A stretch of 33,012 nucleotides of DNA, taken from positions 1-33,012 of the IMG/VR virus record IMGVR_UViG_3300005805_000012; one strand, written 5' to 3'. A program made the translations under genes and the position numbers. Numbering within the stretch: the stretch's first letter is position 1; each line of letters begins with the position of its first letter. Shown piece by piece: positions 10,196 through 17,930 of this stretch. Origin of the DNA: a virus. Its lineage: Duplodnaviria; Caudoviricetes. Below the pieces are notes generated by a model. The model was not told the origin of the DNA. It searched no databases and saw only the letters and a list, made by a program, of their open reading frames with translations.

Positions 10196-10868
10196 CTGGT
10201 TTGATATTTACTGCTATTACTTTCCCTGCAATCATAGACACTAAACGAGTGAAGTCGTTACCGAATGATGCCTTGACTGCTTTATCAAAGAAGCCTGTCT
10301 TTTTAAGACCCTTCTGCTTAATCTTCCTAGCCGTTGCGTAAGATAGAGACTTTAATCTCTGAGCCTCGGTAGCCATCTTGAGGAGTTTCTTCCTCTTGGC
10401 TTGTACCTTGGATAGATTGTCTTGCTGAGTATCTTTTCTAGCAAAACCTGCGTTTCTGCGATACCACTTTGCGATTGCTAGTTGCATCGATAGACTAGGC
10501 TTGTCGTTCTTGAACGAATAAGGCGAATCTGACGGCTTGCCAGACCTAACACCCTTGACTCCTTTGTTTACGAAGTCATAGTACTTGGCTGCTTCCGATC
10601 CTTCGGGGTATCCGACAGTTATCTCGTAGGTTCCGTTCTCATTCTTTAACTCTCCGGCGGTTATCTGCGAAGCAAGAGTTCCTGTGTCTATCTTTCCCGA
10701 GTTCTTTAGATTCTCCTGTACTCGTTCTATGAATGCTTGGACAGAGTCAGCGACAAGAGCCTCGAAGCCCGGCAGAGTCTTAGCCTCTACGAACTTATCA
10801 AAGTCCTCCCCCAACGTAGTGAGAAGGACTAGGACATCTTGCTCTATTTGTTTAATTGACTTTGCCAC
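10176..10868 (-). CDS. Neck / tail-completion protein (HK97 gp10-like)
   Basis: DTGTLASQI, YYDFVNKGVKG and ARKIKQKGLKKTGFFDKA motifs. Confidence 0.6.
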   Translation of the reverse strand: MAKSIKQIEQDVLVLLTTLGEDFDKFVEAKTLPGFEALVADSVQAFIERVQENLKNSGKIDTGTLASQITAGELKNENGTYEITVGYPEGSEAAKYYDFVNKGVKGVRSGKPSDSPYSFKNDKPSLSMQLAIAKWYRRNAGFARKDTQQDNLSKVQAKRKKLLKMATEAQRLKSLSYATARKIKQKGLKKTGFFDKAVKASFGNDFTRLVSMIAGKVIAVNIKPDGNNNR

Positions 10869-11131
10869 CGCTTCATTTCTAGCTTTTCGTGCTCCCCTTT
10901 CGCTTTAAGATAGGCAAGGTCATTAAGGAACTGGAGTGCAGGTAACTCGTAAGCCTCCTCCAGCGAGATTCTCTCGAACTCAGCCACCAACTCGGTCTGA
11001 TAAATCCATCCATAATATCGCATAAAGTTTGATACAGAACTTCTGCCTGATACTTCGTCAACCCCTTCTCCATCATTTCCTTGGTCAAATAGTCCTGTAA
11101 AGCCCTTATCCAATTCCGATATACGAGACAA
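10844..11131 (-). CDS. -1 frameshift extension of tail assembly chaperone (GT-like)
   Basis: The -1 frame reads from GTT TTT TTT TG: LSRISELDKGF...FMRYYGWIYQTELVAEFERISLEEAYELPALQFLNDLAYLK. Confidence 0.65.
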   Translation of the reverse strand: MSRISELDKGFTGLFDQGNDGEGVDEVSGRSSVSNFMRYYGWIYQTELVAEFERISLEEAYELPALQFLNDLAYLKAKGEHEKLEMKRWQSQLNK

Positions 11132-11610
11132 AAAAAAACCACACTTCCGAGAACGGAGGTGATAGGTGCTTCTAGCATATCTTGTGCGTACTCCTCGTGC
11201 CGGCTAGCATCGTACTTATCTACCTTCCATCCTAGCCAAGTCTTTTTCATCGGCAAGACTAAACAGGCAGCGATCTTGTGCAGGTTCCCGTTCACGTCTT
11301 GAGAAAAATGCTTTGATTCGATATAGCGAGCAGCCGGTATCTTCCGCACGTCATAGATACACTTGTACCGCTTCCCGTTGATATTAATAAACTTAGCAGG
11401 CTGAGGCTTTATCTCCTCGTGGATAAAGTCGATTGACTTGAGGAGCGGATTGAGTTCCGAGATAGGTAGAGAGTCTATCTGATGCTCGGTCATTCCCTTG
11501 ATGATGGCAACCGCCTTAACGGCTAGGTCTAATTCGTTCAGGTCCTTCTCTTTAGTGAAAAGACTAACGATTTGTTGCCATTGGAATACGTTGATATTTT
11601 TCCAAGTCAT
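10879..11610 (-). CDS. Tail assembly chaperone (0-frame product; true start probably ATG 11610, MTWKNIN)
   Basis: ATG 5 nt downstream of the CTATTTA motif; contains a T9 slippery run at 11130-11138. Confidence 0.65.
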   Translation of the reverse strand: MTWKNINVFQWQQIVSLFTKEKDLNELDLAVKAVAIIKGMTEHQIDSLPISELNPLLKSIDFIHEEIKPQPAKFININGKRYKCIYDVRKIPAARYIESKHFSQDVNGNLHKIAACLVLPMKKTWLGWKVDKYDASRHEEYAQDMLEAPITSVLGSVVFFCLVYRNWIRALQDYLTKEMMEKGLTKYQAEVLYQTLCDIMDGFIRPSWWLSSRESRWRRLTSYLHSSSLMTLPILKRKGSTKS

Positions 11611-11615
11611 ACCCA

Positions 11616-11643
11616 TAAATAGAAAAAATGAGAATTGTGTTCT
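11616..11643 (-). promoter_or_regulatory. Putative phage late promoter (AGAAC-N16-CTATTTA)
   Basis: Shared motif 5 nt upstream of ATG 11610. Confidence 0.6.
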
Positions 11644-11683
11644 TTGTTCGCGAACAGAGAACTGCCTGAAATTTTCGGAAAAT

Positions 11684-12835
11684 CTATGCAAACGAATAGC
11701 TTCCGCTTGTCCGATTCCGTGTGTAGTGATGCCAAGCTAGACCCAACGACATTACGCAGTCATCGTGGAAACCTTGAGGCGCGGAATACTTAACCCCGAA
11801 CGCGGTATACTGATATTCAAACACTTCTAGTTCCTGAGTGATATGCCCCTCCGGGAATGTGATCTTCCTTTGCTGAATAGCCGAAGCCAGACCCTCCATT
11901 AGTTGTTGCTTGCTCGTGCTTGTGAACTTATACCCCTGTACGTTCAGCCCATCCCGTTGTAAGTCCTCAAAGATTGGGTCTCCTACCCCGGTGGAGTCCA
12001 TTAGGATCGGAACTCTAGGCAGATTGTTTATGACTTGCTTGGTCTGCCTCCAGTCCTTTTGGAACCGCTCGAAGTGACACACGGACCCGTTTCTGTCTAG
12101 CCCGATAATCACAGTCCAATCCACAGACTTCGCCAAATCTATCCCAAACGCAATAGGAGGCTCAAGGCTGACCTCAAACGTGCATTGCCTTATGTAACTA
12201 CTCCCGAACGGATTGGCTGCATTCTCGGCAGGATTTGCCATATACTCCTGTTCGAATACTACCTCCGGGAGCTGGAGCCGGGCATCGTCTATCTCCCCCT
12301 TGTCGATATATGGATTGTCGTAGGTGGTGAATTTGAAAGCCTCCCAATCCGGCTCCCCTGATTTGAGGTAGAGCGAGTAGAAGTAATTTTTACCCTTAGG
12401 GGTTGAAATGAATAGAGCCCTACCCTTGTAGTCAGTCAAGGTAGGGCGGATAGAGTTGAGCCAGCCATCCTCAAGGTTAGGGATGAAGGATGCCTCATCG
12501 ATTACGACTAAGTGGAACTTGCGACCCCGTAGATTGTCAAGTCTCTCCCCGGTGAAGAACTCTACCGATCCATCATTGGGGAACTTGATGGATAGCTCGG
12601 ACTTGTTAGACTCGAAGGGAACGACCTTGATGAGTTGCTCAAAGAATACTCTGGCAAGCTGATATGTGGGAGTGATGTAGGCTACGTTGTTTCCCTGAAG
12701 TGCATTGATTATGATTTCTATCTGACTCAGCTCTGACTTACCGAATCTTCTCCCTGCCATAACAACGCGAAACCTCGATTGCGAGTCGAGTATTTTCTGC
12801 TGATTTGTGTGTGGTTGTGGTAGTTCTATTCTCAT
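11684..12835 (-). CDS. terL: Terminase large subunit
   Basis: Walker A AGRRFGKS, Walker B VVIDEA, motif III ISTP, nuclease GIDLAKSVD...HDDCVMS. Confidence 0.93.
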   Translation of the reverse strand: MRIELPQPHTNQQKILDSQSRFRVVMAGRRFGKSELSQIEIIINALQGNNVAYITPTYQLARVFFEQLIKVVPFESNKSELSIKFPNDGSVEFFTGERLDNLRGRKFHLVVIDEASFIPNLEDGWLNSIRPTLTDYKGRALFISTPKGKNYFYSLYLKSGEPDWEAFKFTTYDNPYIDKGEIDDARLQLPEVVFEQEYMANPAENAANPFGSSYIRQCTFEVSLEPPIAFGIDLAKSVDWTVIIGLDRNGSVCHFERFQKDWRQTKQVINNLPRVPILMDSTGVGDPIFEDLQRDGLNVQGYKFTSTSKQQLMEGLASAIQQRKITFPEGHITQELEVFEYQYTAFGVKYSAPQGFHDDCVMSLGLAWHHYTRNRTSGSYSFA

Positions 12836-13100
12836 CTTGACATACCTCCTCTATATCCGTAGAAGAGTACTTCTTTGGGTATAGAGACATCTTTAGTGCA
12901 ACTATCTCTATCAATCAGTTCCCATTCTTTACCACCCTATCCGAGGAGGGGTTTATCAGGCAGTCATCTAGCTTCTACGTCAAGAGTTGTCAGGAGTAGG
13001 ACATTGCTCTCACTTTTTGCCATCGTAACGGAATGAACTGAATTGTTTTATTTTATAGAGTCGCTTCTATATGGATGTAAAACAAGGAAAAAACCTATGT
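12835..13100 (-). ncRNA. Putative structured RNA / 5' leader of terL
   Basis: Non-coding gap with many complementary segments, a perfect SD and an anti-SD; starts just downstream of the promoter motif at 13107-13134. Confidence 0.5.
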
Positions 13101-13106
13101 CGAATA

Positions 13107-13134
13107 TAAATAGATAAACTTTGCTTTTTGTTCC
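13107..13134 (-). promoter_or_regulatory. Putative phage late promoter (GGAAC-N16-CTATTTA)
   Basis: Best match to the ECF-like consensus; intergenic between terS and terL. Confidence 0.6.
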
Positions 13135-13245
13135 TATGTGAATAAAAAAAAGTTAGCAGGGTGTTTAGAGGGAAAGATGACATAGGTTCTTCCTCTTTTG
13201 TTCGCATAACGACTTAGCCCCCTGCGGATACTATCCAGAACATTA

Positions 13246-13608
13246 TCATAGAATAGTCTTACCATTAACGAATACCACCTCTATCCGGCTATCCGTACTC
13301 ACTTGCTGGATTTCCTTCGGCTTTCCATAGACCCGTGTTAGCAGAGTCTCCATAGAATACAATGATCCATTCTTTAGGCTCTTAATCATTGCAGCAGCAA
13401 TCGTGAGTTCTAGGATAGTAGCCTTCGGGTTATCGAGTACTGCCTTCAGCTCTTCAGCATCCATAGACATCAAAGCTTGAATAGCATCATTCACCTCTGA
13501 AAGTTTATAGCCTTGCTCCTTCAGTAGTGAAACGTACTTACGAGGTCTTCCGTTCGGATTCCGTACCTCTCCCTTCTTTGCAGGTATTAAATTCTGTTCG
13601 TTTGCCAT
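13246..13608 (-). CDS. terS: Terminase small subunit (putative)
   Basis: N-terminal NLIPAKKGEVRNPNGRP and C-terminal LLTRVYGKP motifs; upstream of terL. Confidence 0.7.
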   Translation of the reverse strand: MANEQNLIPAKKGEVRNPNGRPRKYVSLLKEQGYKLSEVNDAIQALMSMDAEELKAVLDNPKATILELTIAAAMIKSLKNGSLYSMETLLTRVYGKPKEIQQVSTDSRIEVVFVNGKTIL

Positions 13609-13648
13609 TTCTCTAAATTCCTTCTTATTTTTTTAGAAGGTAACCCAA

Positions 13649-13999
13649 CTAATCAAGTTTATTTTTATAGTGTTCGCATATCTTCTCTATCTCTGAAGCA
13701 TAGTAAGTGGTGAAATCTTGGAAGCCTTTGTTATCTTGTTGATAGTTAAGGAATAAGATGCCTCTGAGTCGTTGGCTTGGTGTCTTGGCTTGAGATAGGT
13801 CTGTTTTTAGTGAGCCGATTGAGTCGGTTTCTTCCCGGTTAAACGGCTCAGGCTTTAATGCCATATAGCAGAACTGCTGATTGAGGTAGAAGATTTTAGC
13901 AGCATCTGCCGGGCTTAGTTCTTGTGTGCCTATTGTGATTCTTACTGTCTTATCCTTTCGTGTTGTTATGGACTCGATTTGTGCAGGTAGTAGGATCAT
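13649..13999 (-). CDS. Hypothetical protein (start probably ATG 13999, MILLPAQIE)
   Basis: ATGA overlap with the upstream glycosyltransferase stop; KTPSQRLRGIL motif. Confidence 0.6.
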   Translation of the reverse strand: MILLPAQIESITTRKDKTVRITIGTQELSPADAAKIFYLNQQFCYMALKPEPFNREETDSIGSLKTDLSQAKTPSQRLRGILFLNYQQDNKGFQDFTTYYASEIEKICEHYKNKLD

Positions 14000-14634
14000 A
14001 GGTATTCGCTTTGGAAGATAGTATAGTTTTCGCTCTCGTTGTATTTGCCTGTCTCTTGCGCCCATAAGTAATCGCACCGGCTCAATCCTTCGTCTTTCAT
14101 CTTTCGGTATGGTGTGTTCTGCCCTACGTCGTGTCCAATATGCTCGGCTCTTAATCCATTGAGATAGTAGTTCAGATGCCCTGTCATTTGTAGCCGATAG
14201 GAGTAGTCTCGGTCTTGCATCCCGTACGGATCGTATGCCTCGTTGAAGTAGCCTATCTTGTCGATGGCTTTCATTGGGATGAGTACGTTACCGAATACCG
14301 CTTCTTGAACGTGAACCTGCACTCCGTTAATAGTTCTAGGTTCATTGATTTGCTCAACTGTGTGAATGCCTATCATCCCTGAGTTAGGGATTGTAATCAT
14401 AGCATCTACCATACGAGCCAGCCAATTATCAGGCATCAGGATATCGTTAGCCATTGTCACGATAGCATCGTAAGTCCTTGACTGAAAGATCCCGTGATTC
14501 AAAGCTTTTGAGATTCCTTTCATATCTACGATGACATAATCGAACTCATAGCCAGCATTGTTGAAGTTCACATCCTTTACTCGCTGAGTGAAGTCGTGCC
14601 TTTCGTAGTCTAATAGGATAACATTAACGAGCAT
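13996..14634 (-). CDS. GT-A fold glycosyltransferase (GT2-like)
   Basis: GISKALNHG, MANDIL (DxD position), DKIGYFNEAYDPYGMQDRDYSYRL and EHIG motifs. Confidence 0.75.
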   Translation of the reverse strand: MLVNVILLDYERHDFTQRVKDVNFNNAGYEFDYVIVDMKGISKALNHGIFQSRTYDAIVTMANDILMPDNWLARMVDAMITIPNSGMIGIHTVEQINEPRTINGVQVHVQEAVFGNVLIPMKAIDKIGYFNEAYDPYGMQDRDYSYRLQMTGHLNYYLNGLRAEHIGHDVGQNTPYRKMKDEGLSRCDYLWAQETGKYNESENYTIFQSEYL

Positions 14635-15097
14635 TGCTTCCGATTTCTTTAACGGGTACTCCCGCGTATTTGGTATGTGGTTTCAGAATAGACTTCTTAC
14701 CTACGAACCCAGAAGCACCGATCATACAACCCTCAGGCACTTCTACTTTTTGATGGATGACTGCGTTGAGTCCTATGTTGGTATTCTCTCCAATTATCGA
14801 ATGCCCTCCGATCTTAGCACCGCAGGATAAAGTAACTCCGTCTTTGAGCTCAGCATCGTGACCGACGTGCGAGTGTTTCATTAGATAACAATTCCTGCCG
14901 ATAATAGTAGGCTTATCTGTTCCGCTATCGATTGTCACTAACCCTGTTATCCTAGTTCCTGATTTGATTATTACCTTGCCTTCGTTATCCTCTCTACCTT
15001 TCCACTCAGCCGGGAAGCCGATAATACAATATGGACCAATGTAGACTCCGCCCTCAATGATTACTTTCGGATGAATTATAGCAGTTGGATGTATCAT
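14624..15097 (-). CDS. Hexapeptide-repeat acyltransferase (LpxA/PglD-like left-handed beta-helix)
   Basis: IHPTAIIHPKVIIEGGVYIGPYCIIG, HSHVGHDAEL (LpxA-type HVAHD) and YAGVP motifs. Confidence 0.85.
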   Translation of the reverse strand: MIHPTAIIHPKVIIEGGVYIGPYCIIGFPAEWKGREDNEGKVIIKSGTRITGLVTIDSGTDKPTIIGRNCYLMKHSHVGHDAELKDGVTLSCGAKIGGHSIIGENTNIGLNAVIHQKVEVPEGCMIGASGFVGKKSILKPHTKYAGVPVKEIGSNAR

Positions 15098-15213
15098 TTG
15101 CCTTGACCTCGGTAGTTTTTTTCTTTTCGGTCGTGCTTATTCCTTGACTTCTTTGCCTTGCCCCCCTTTCTCTTTCCGAAGGTTATCTTGGTTTGATTCG
15201 ATGTCTTTGCCAT
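15094..15213 (-). CDS. Small basic protein (39 aa, MAKTSNQTKITFGKRKGGKAKKSRNKHDRKEKNYRGQGK)
   Basis: Below the ORF-track cutoff; its TGA overlaps the acyltransferase ATG (ATGA). Confidence 0.6.
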   Translation of the reverse strand: MAKTSNQTKITFGKRKGGKAKKSRNKHDRKEKNYRGQGK

Positions 15214-15346
15214 TTATTTTTGATTTTCCGTATTGACCAGATGCGAGGATAGCCCGCCATACCTCCTCGGCTTTTTCTTTAGTCTCGTATTTACATTCTC
15301 CCGATCCGATGCGCCACTTTCCGTTTGAACATTTATAGACTGGCAT
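15137..15346 (-). CDS. Hypothetical protein
   Basis: MPVYKCSNGKWRIGSGECKYETKEKA; start overlaps the GT4 stop. Confidence 0.55.
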   Translation of the reverse strand: MPVYKCSNGKWRIGSGECKYETKEKAEEVWRAILASGQYGKSKINGKDIESNQDNLRKEKGGQGKEVKE

Positions 15347-16334
15347 ATAATTGTTTTCTTTTTTCGTTTACTTTATGGAGATTGAAATGCTCATTGCACC
15401 ATTTGTAATTCGATAGACCCATCTCCTGCCTATAAATAGAATCCGTTGCTATTTTTTTCATTTCCTTGTACCAATCCGTCTGAGTATTTATCTTAATTGC
15501 ATTCTCGCAATTATCGTATGGAGGTACGTTTGATACTATCACCGGGATTTTCTTACACGCAGCCTCTAGGACTTTGAGATTAGATTTCATCACATTAAAT
15601 CTAGAACGAACCAATGGGACTACCGAGCAATCCGCATCATTGTAGAAATTCATATACTCCCGAACCGGCAAGGCTCGTTTGACATCTCCTAGCTTCAACC
15701 CGGCAGTAAAGTAGTGAATCATTTTGTGCCATACCATCCTAGAATAAGGATTCGGGTCATCTAGACCGCAAATAGTCATATTGACCTTACTCTTTAACGA
15801 GGAATCGGATAGGACTTTTTTCATCGGAAATTGAACCAGCTTCAAATCTTTTTCGTGCGTGATAGACCCAACGTAAACGAATCGAACTTTATCGGACTCA
15901 GTTCTGACATCGGTAAATTGATCCTCCCCGAAAGGTAAAGCATTGGGAAGTATAGCCACATTTGAATTCAATGGTCTTATCTCATTCCAAAGTAACTCAT
16001 TGGTGCAAGTAACAAGATCGGCAATTTTTATGTGTTCGATTATCGCCTCGGTTGGATATGCCGAATAGAGAATGTGCCAAGAGTCCAAGTGCCAATAATC
16101 ATCTATGTCAATTACCAATTTGAACCCATACTTTTCTCGGTATTCCTTGAGAGTATCAATGTGCATCTCAGGAATGAATCGGTTAATCAAAACAATGTCG
16201 TAGCCTTCGGATAGTACTTCTTCGCTAAGAACATCCGTGAACATCGCAAATGTCTTAGGCATAAAGTAAATCGGTAGCATCAGCCGGTGATACCCAACTC
16301 CACTATTTTCTTTTGTAATTACTAGTATTCTCAT
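15333..16334 (-). CDS. GT-B fold glycosyltransferase (GT4-like)
   Basis: SGVGYHRL, VIDIDDYW, ADLVTCT, FNVMKSNLKVLEAACKKIPVIVSNV motifs. Confidence 0.8.
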   Translation of the reverse strand: MRILVITKENSGVGYHRLMLPIYFMPKTFAMFTDVLSEEVLSEGYDIVLINRFIPEMHIDTLKEYREKYGFKLVIDIDDYWHLDSWHILYSAYPTEAIIEHIKIADLVTCTNELLWNEIRPLNSNVAILPNALPFGEDQFTDVRTESDKVRFVYVGSITHEKDLKLVQFPMKKVLSDSSLKSKVNMTICGLDDPNPYSRMVWHKMIHYFTAGLKLGDVKRALPVREYMNFYNDADCSVVPLVRSRFNVMKSNLKVLEAACKKIPVIVSNVPPYDNCENAIKINTQTDWYKEMKKIATDSIYRQEMGLSNYKWCNEHFNLHKVNEKRKQLYASL

Positions 16335-16624
16335 TTCTTTGGTCTGCCTCTTTTTTTCTTTTCTGTTTGCTCTGGTATTGTTTCTCCATTTATTGCCGAG
16401 ATATAATCTCCGTCATCTTCGCAGTATCGAATTAATCTCTCAAGCATATCGAACACACACGATCCGCACCAGTAGGTAAGTACGAACCCGTTGTCTAGAT
16501 ATTTCCGATAGAGCCGTTCGTATTCTCCTAGTACCTCGAAAGGAATGTTGCGAGTGAAACCGAGTTTTACAGAATCGAAATTAATCTTGTTGTCAATTAG
16601 GAATTTAATCTCTTGGCTTGTCAT
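16331..16624 (-). CDS. Hypothetical protein (CGSC motif, C-terminal KKRGRPKK)
   Basis: ATGA-coupled ORF within the operon. Confidence 0.6.
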   Translation of the reverse strand: MTSQEIKFLIDNKINFDSVKLGFTRNIPFEVLGEYERLYRKYLDNGFVLTYWCGSCVFDMLERLIRYCEDDGDYISAINGETIPEQTEKKKRGRPKK

Positions 16625-16875
16625 TGGAATTTGTTATAGATGTTAATCAAAAAGTTTTTGAAGTAAGGCGCGATAACTCCAGAGCCAAACATCGCCAGAG
16701 TGCCGTAAGTTACATACTCCGGGAGTAAGAACAAAGCTAACCCTGTCCAAGCCGTCAAGCAAAGCGGACAAGTGAAAGGCTTAAAGTTCCAACCCCACTT
16801 CTCGAATAACCGAGATTGAGTTATCGCATAGAACGTAAATAAGTTAGCTGCTAGGATAATGCTAATCGTTTGCAT
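16621..16875 (-). CDS. Small membrane protein with CxxC
   Basis: Hydrophobic segments; KPFTCPLCLTAW motif. Confidence 0.6.
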   Translation of the reverse strand: MQTISIILAANLFTFYAITQSRLFEKWGWNFKPFTCPLCLTAWTGLALFLLPEYVTYGTLAMFGSGVIAPYFKNFLINIYNKFQ

Positions 16876-17356
16876 TGTTTCGGATTTTGTACTTGAGTAA
16901 TGTTTTTACCTTCTTGACTGTCTTTAGGAGTGATCTATATGGGATGCCTGTATCTCTGCTCACTTGCAAAAGATTTCCAGATTCAGCAAATAGTTTCAAT
17001 ATCTCACGTTCGTACCAATGCAGAACCTCCATCGATTTGTCTAGCTTATGGCTCAAAGTTTCATCGTATGGCTCTTCCGTGCAGTTATCACTCACTTCCT
17101 CGTAAACCTTGCGGAATGTCTTTGAGAAGTTACTGCGATCGCTCTTAGCCATATTCAGGATTGTTCTAACGATAAAGAACTTTAGGTAACCATCATTAAA
17201 CATTTGCAGTAGCCTATCCTCGTCCATCTCGCATAGTACCAAGAATACTTCGGATTTTAACTCCTCACGCAAATAGTACGGCTCCATCTTGCCAATAGCA
17301 TCGTTTATGTCCTTCGACAGGTAGAGTTCCGTTATGATCGCGTTTTTATTCGGCAA
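16862..17356 (-). CDS. ECF/sigma-70-like factor (putative late sigma)
   Basis: Region-2-like REELKSEVFLVLCE...LKFFIVRTILN and region-4 HTH LHWYEREILKLFAESGNLLQVSRDTGIPYRSLLKTV; 164 aa. Confidence 0.7.
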   Translation of the reverse strand: MPNKNAIITELYLSKDINDAIGKMEPYYLREELKSEVFLVLCEMDEDRLLQMFNDGYLKFFIVRTILNMAKSDRSNFSKTFRKVYEEVSDNCTEEPYDETLSHKLDKSMEVLHWYEREILKLFAESGNLLQVSRDTGIPYRSLLKTVKKVKTLLKYKIRNNAND

Positions 17357-17816
17357 AGCCTAATAGTTTGGCGTTTTCATATTCAGCATCGTAAAGTCGC
17401 TCCCAATATAAAATCTTCATTTTCTCGCTTAGCTTTTTTCTTCTCTCATAACTCCAAAATTTCCCAAGCGCATATTGTTTTCCTTTCATTCTTTCGGATG
17501 CTTTTAATTTAACCTCATCAGATACTATTCTACCTGTGCCTCCTTCTCCGCCATCAGTAAGATTTACTAAAGTCCCTAATCCTATATCCCTTCTCCCATA
17601 TTTTTTTATTAATGTTTTTTCTTTTCTGCAAGCCTGTTCCCAAGTCAATCCGTCTTTAACAATCTTCACTTTGAATCCTGATTTATCCCTAACAGCCTGC
17701 CAGAACTTGTTTCTGCCTAACTCCGTATAGGCTCTTTTGAATGAATCATCAGAACCAATCCCAACATAAAAAACTTCATTTGTGTCTAACCTGATATGTT
17801 TGTAAACGTAAGCCAT
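17346..17816 (-). CDS. GIY-YIG-like homing endonuclease with NUMOD3-like tail
   Basis: AYVYKH...FYVGIG, EKTLIKKYGRR, LVNLTDGGEG and SDEVKLKASERMKG motifs; AT-rich relative to its flanks. Confidence 0.7.
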   Translation of the reverse strand: MAYVYKHIRLDTNEVFYVGIGSDDSFKRAYTELGRNKFWQAVRDKSGFKVKIVKDGLTWEQACRKEKTLIKKYGRRDIGLGTLVNLTDGGEGGTGRIVSDEVKLKASERMKGKQYALGKFWSYERRKKLSEKMKILYWERLYDAEYENAKLLGFAE

Positions 17817-17834
17817 ACTGCTAATATACTTAGT

Positions 17835-17930
17835 TTCCTTTTCTTATTCCGTTTCTTTTTCCGTTTCCGTTTCCATATCCACTTCCATTTCTTCTGATTA
17901 TAGGGTAGCAAATACCCTATAAATACCCTC
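17835..17930. repeat. Iteron-like region / candidate replication origin
   Basis: 10-bp inverted repeat TTATAGGGTA-GCAAA-TACCCTATAA (17898-17922), AATACCCT twice, and tandem degenerate TTCCRT hexamers. Confidence 0.5.

Noticed and set aside
12925-12965. CTGATAA-stem-GGTAAA resembling a hammerhead ribozyme core
   Set aside because: Lacks the invariant CUGANGA and GAAA nucleotides
12832-13023. Reading frame MAKSESNV...*...*...GGMSR* ending in an ATGA overlap with terL; possible stop-codon recoding
   Set aside because: Contains both TGA and TAG. Other genes use standard stops, so there is no support for an alternative code. A decayed gene remains a minor alternative to the RNA model
17835-17895. 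Short tandem repeats as a CRISPR mini-array
   Set aside because: Degenerate hexamers without spacers; no 25-45-bp repeats seen anywhere
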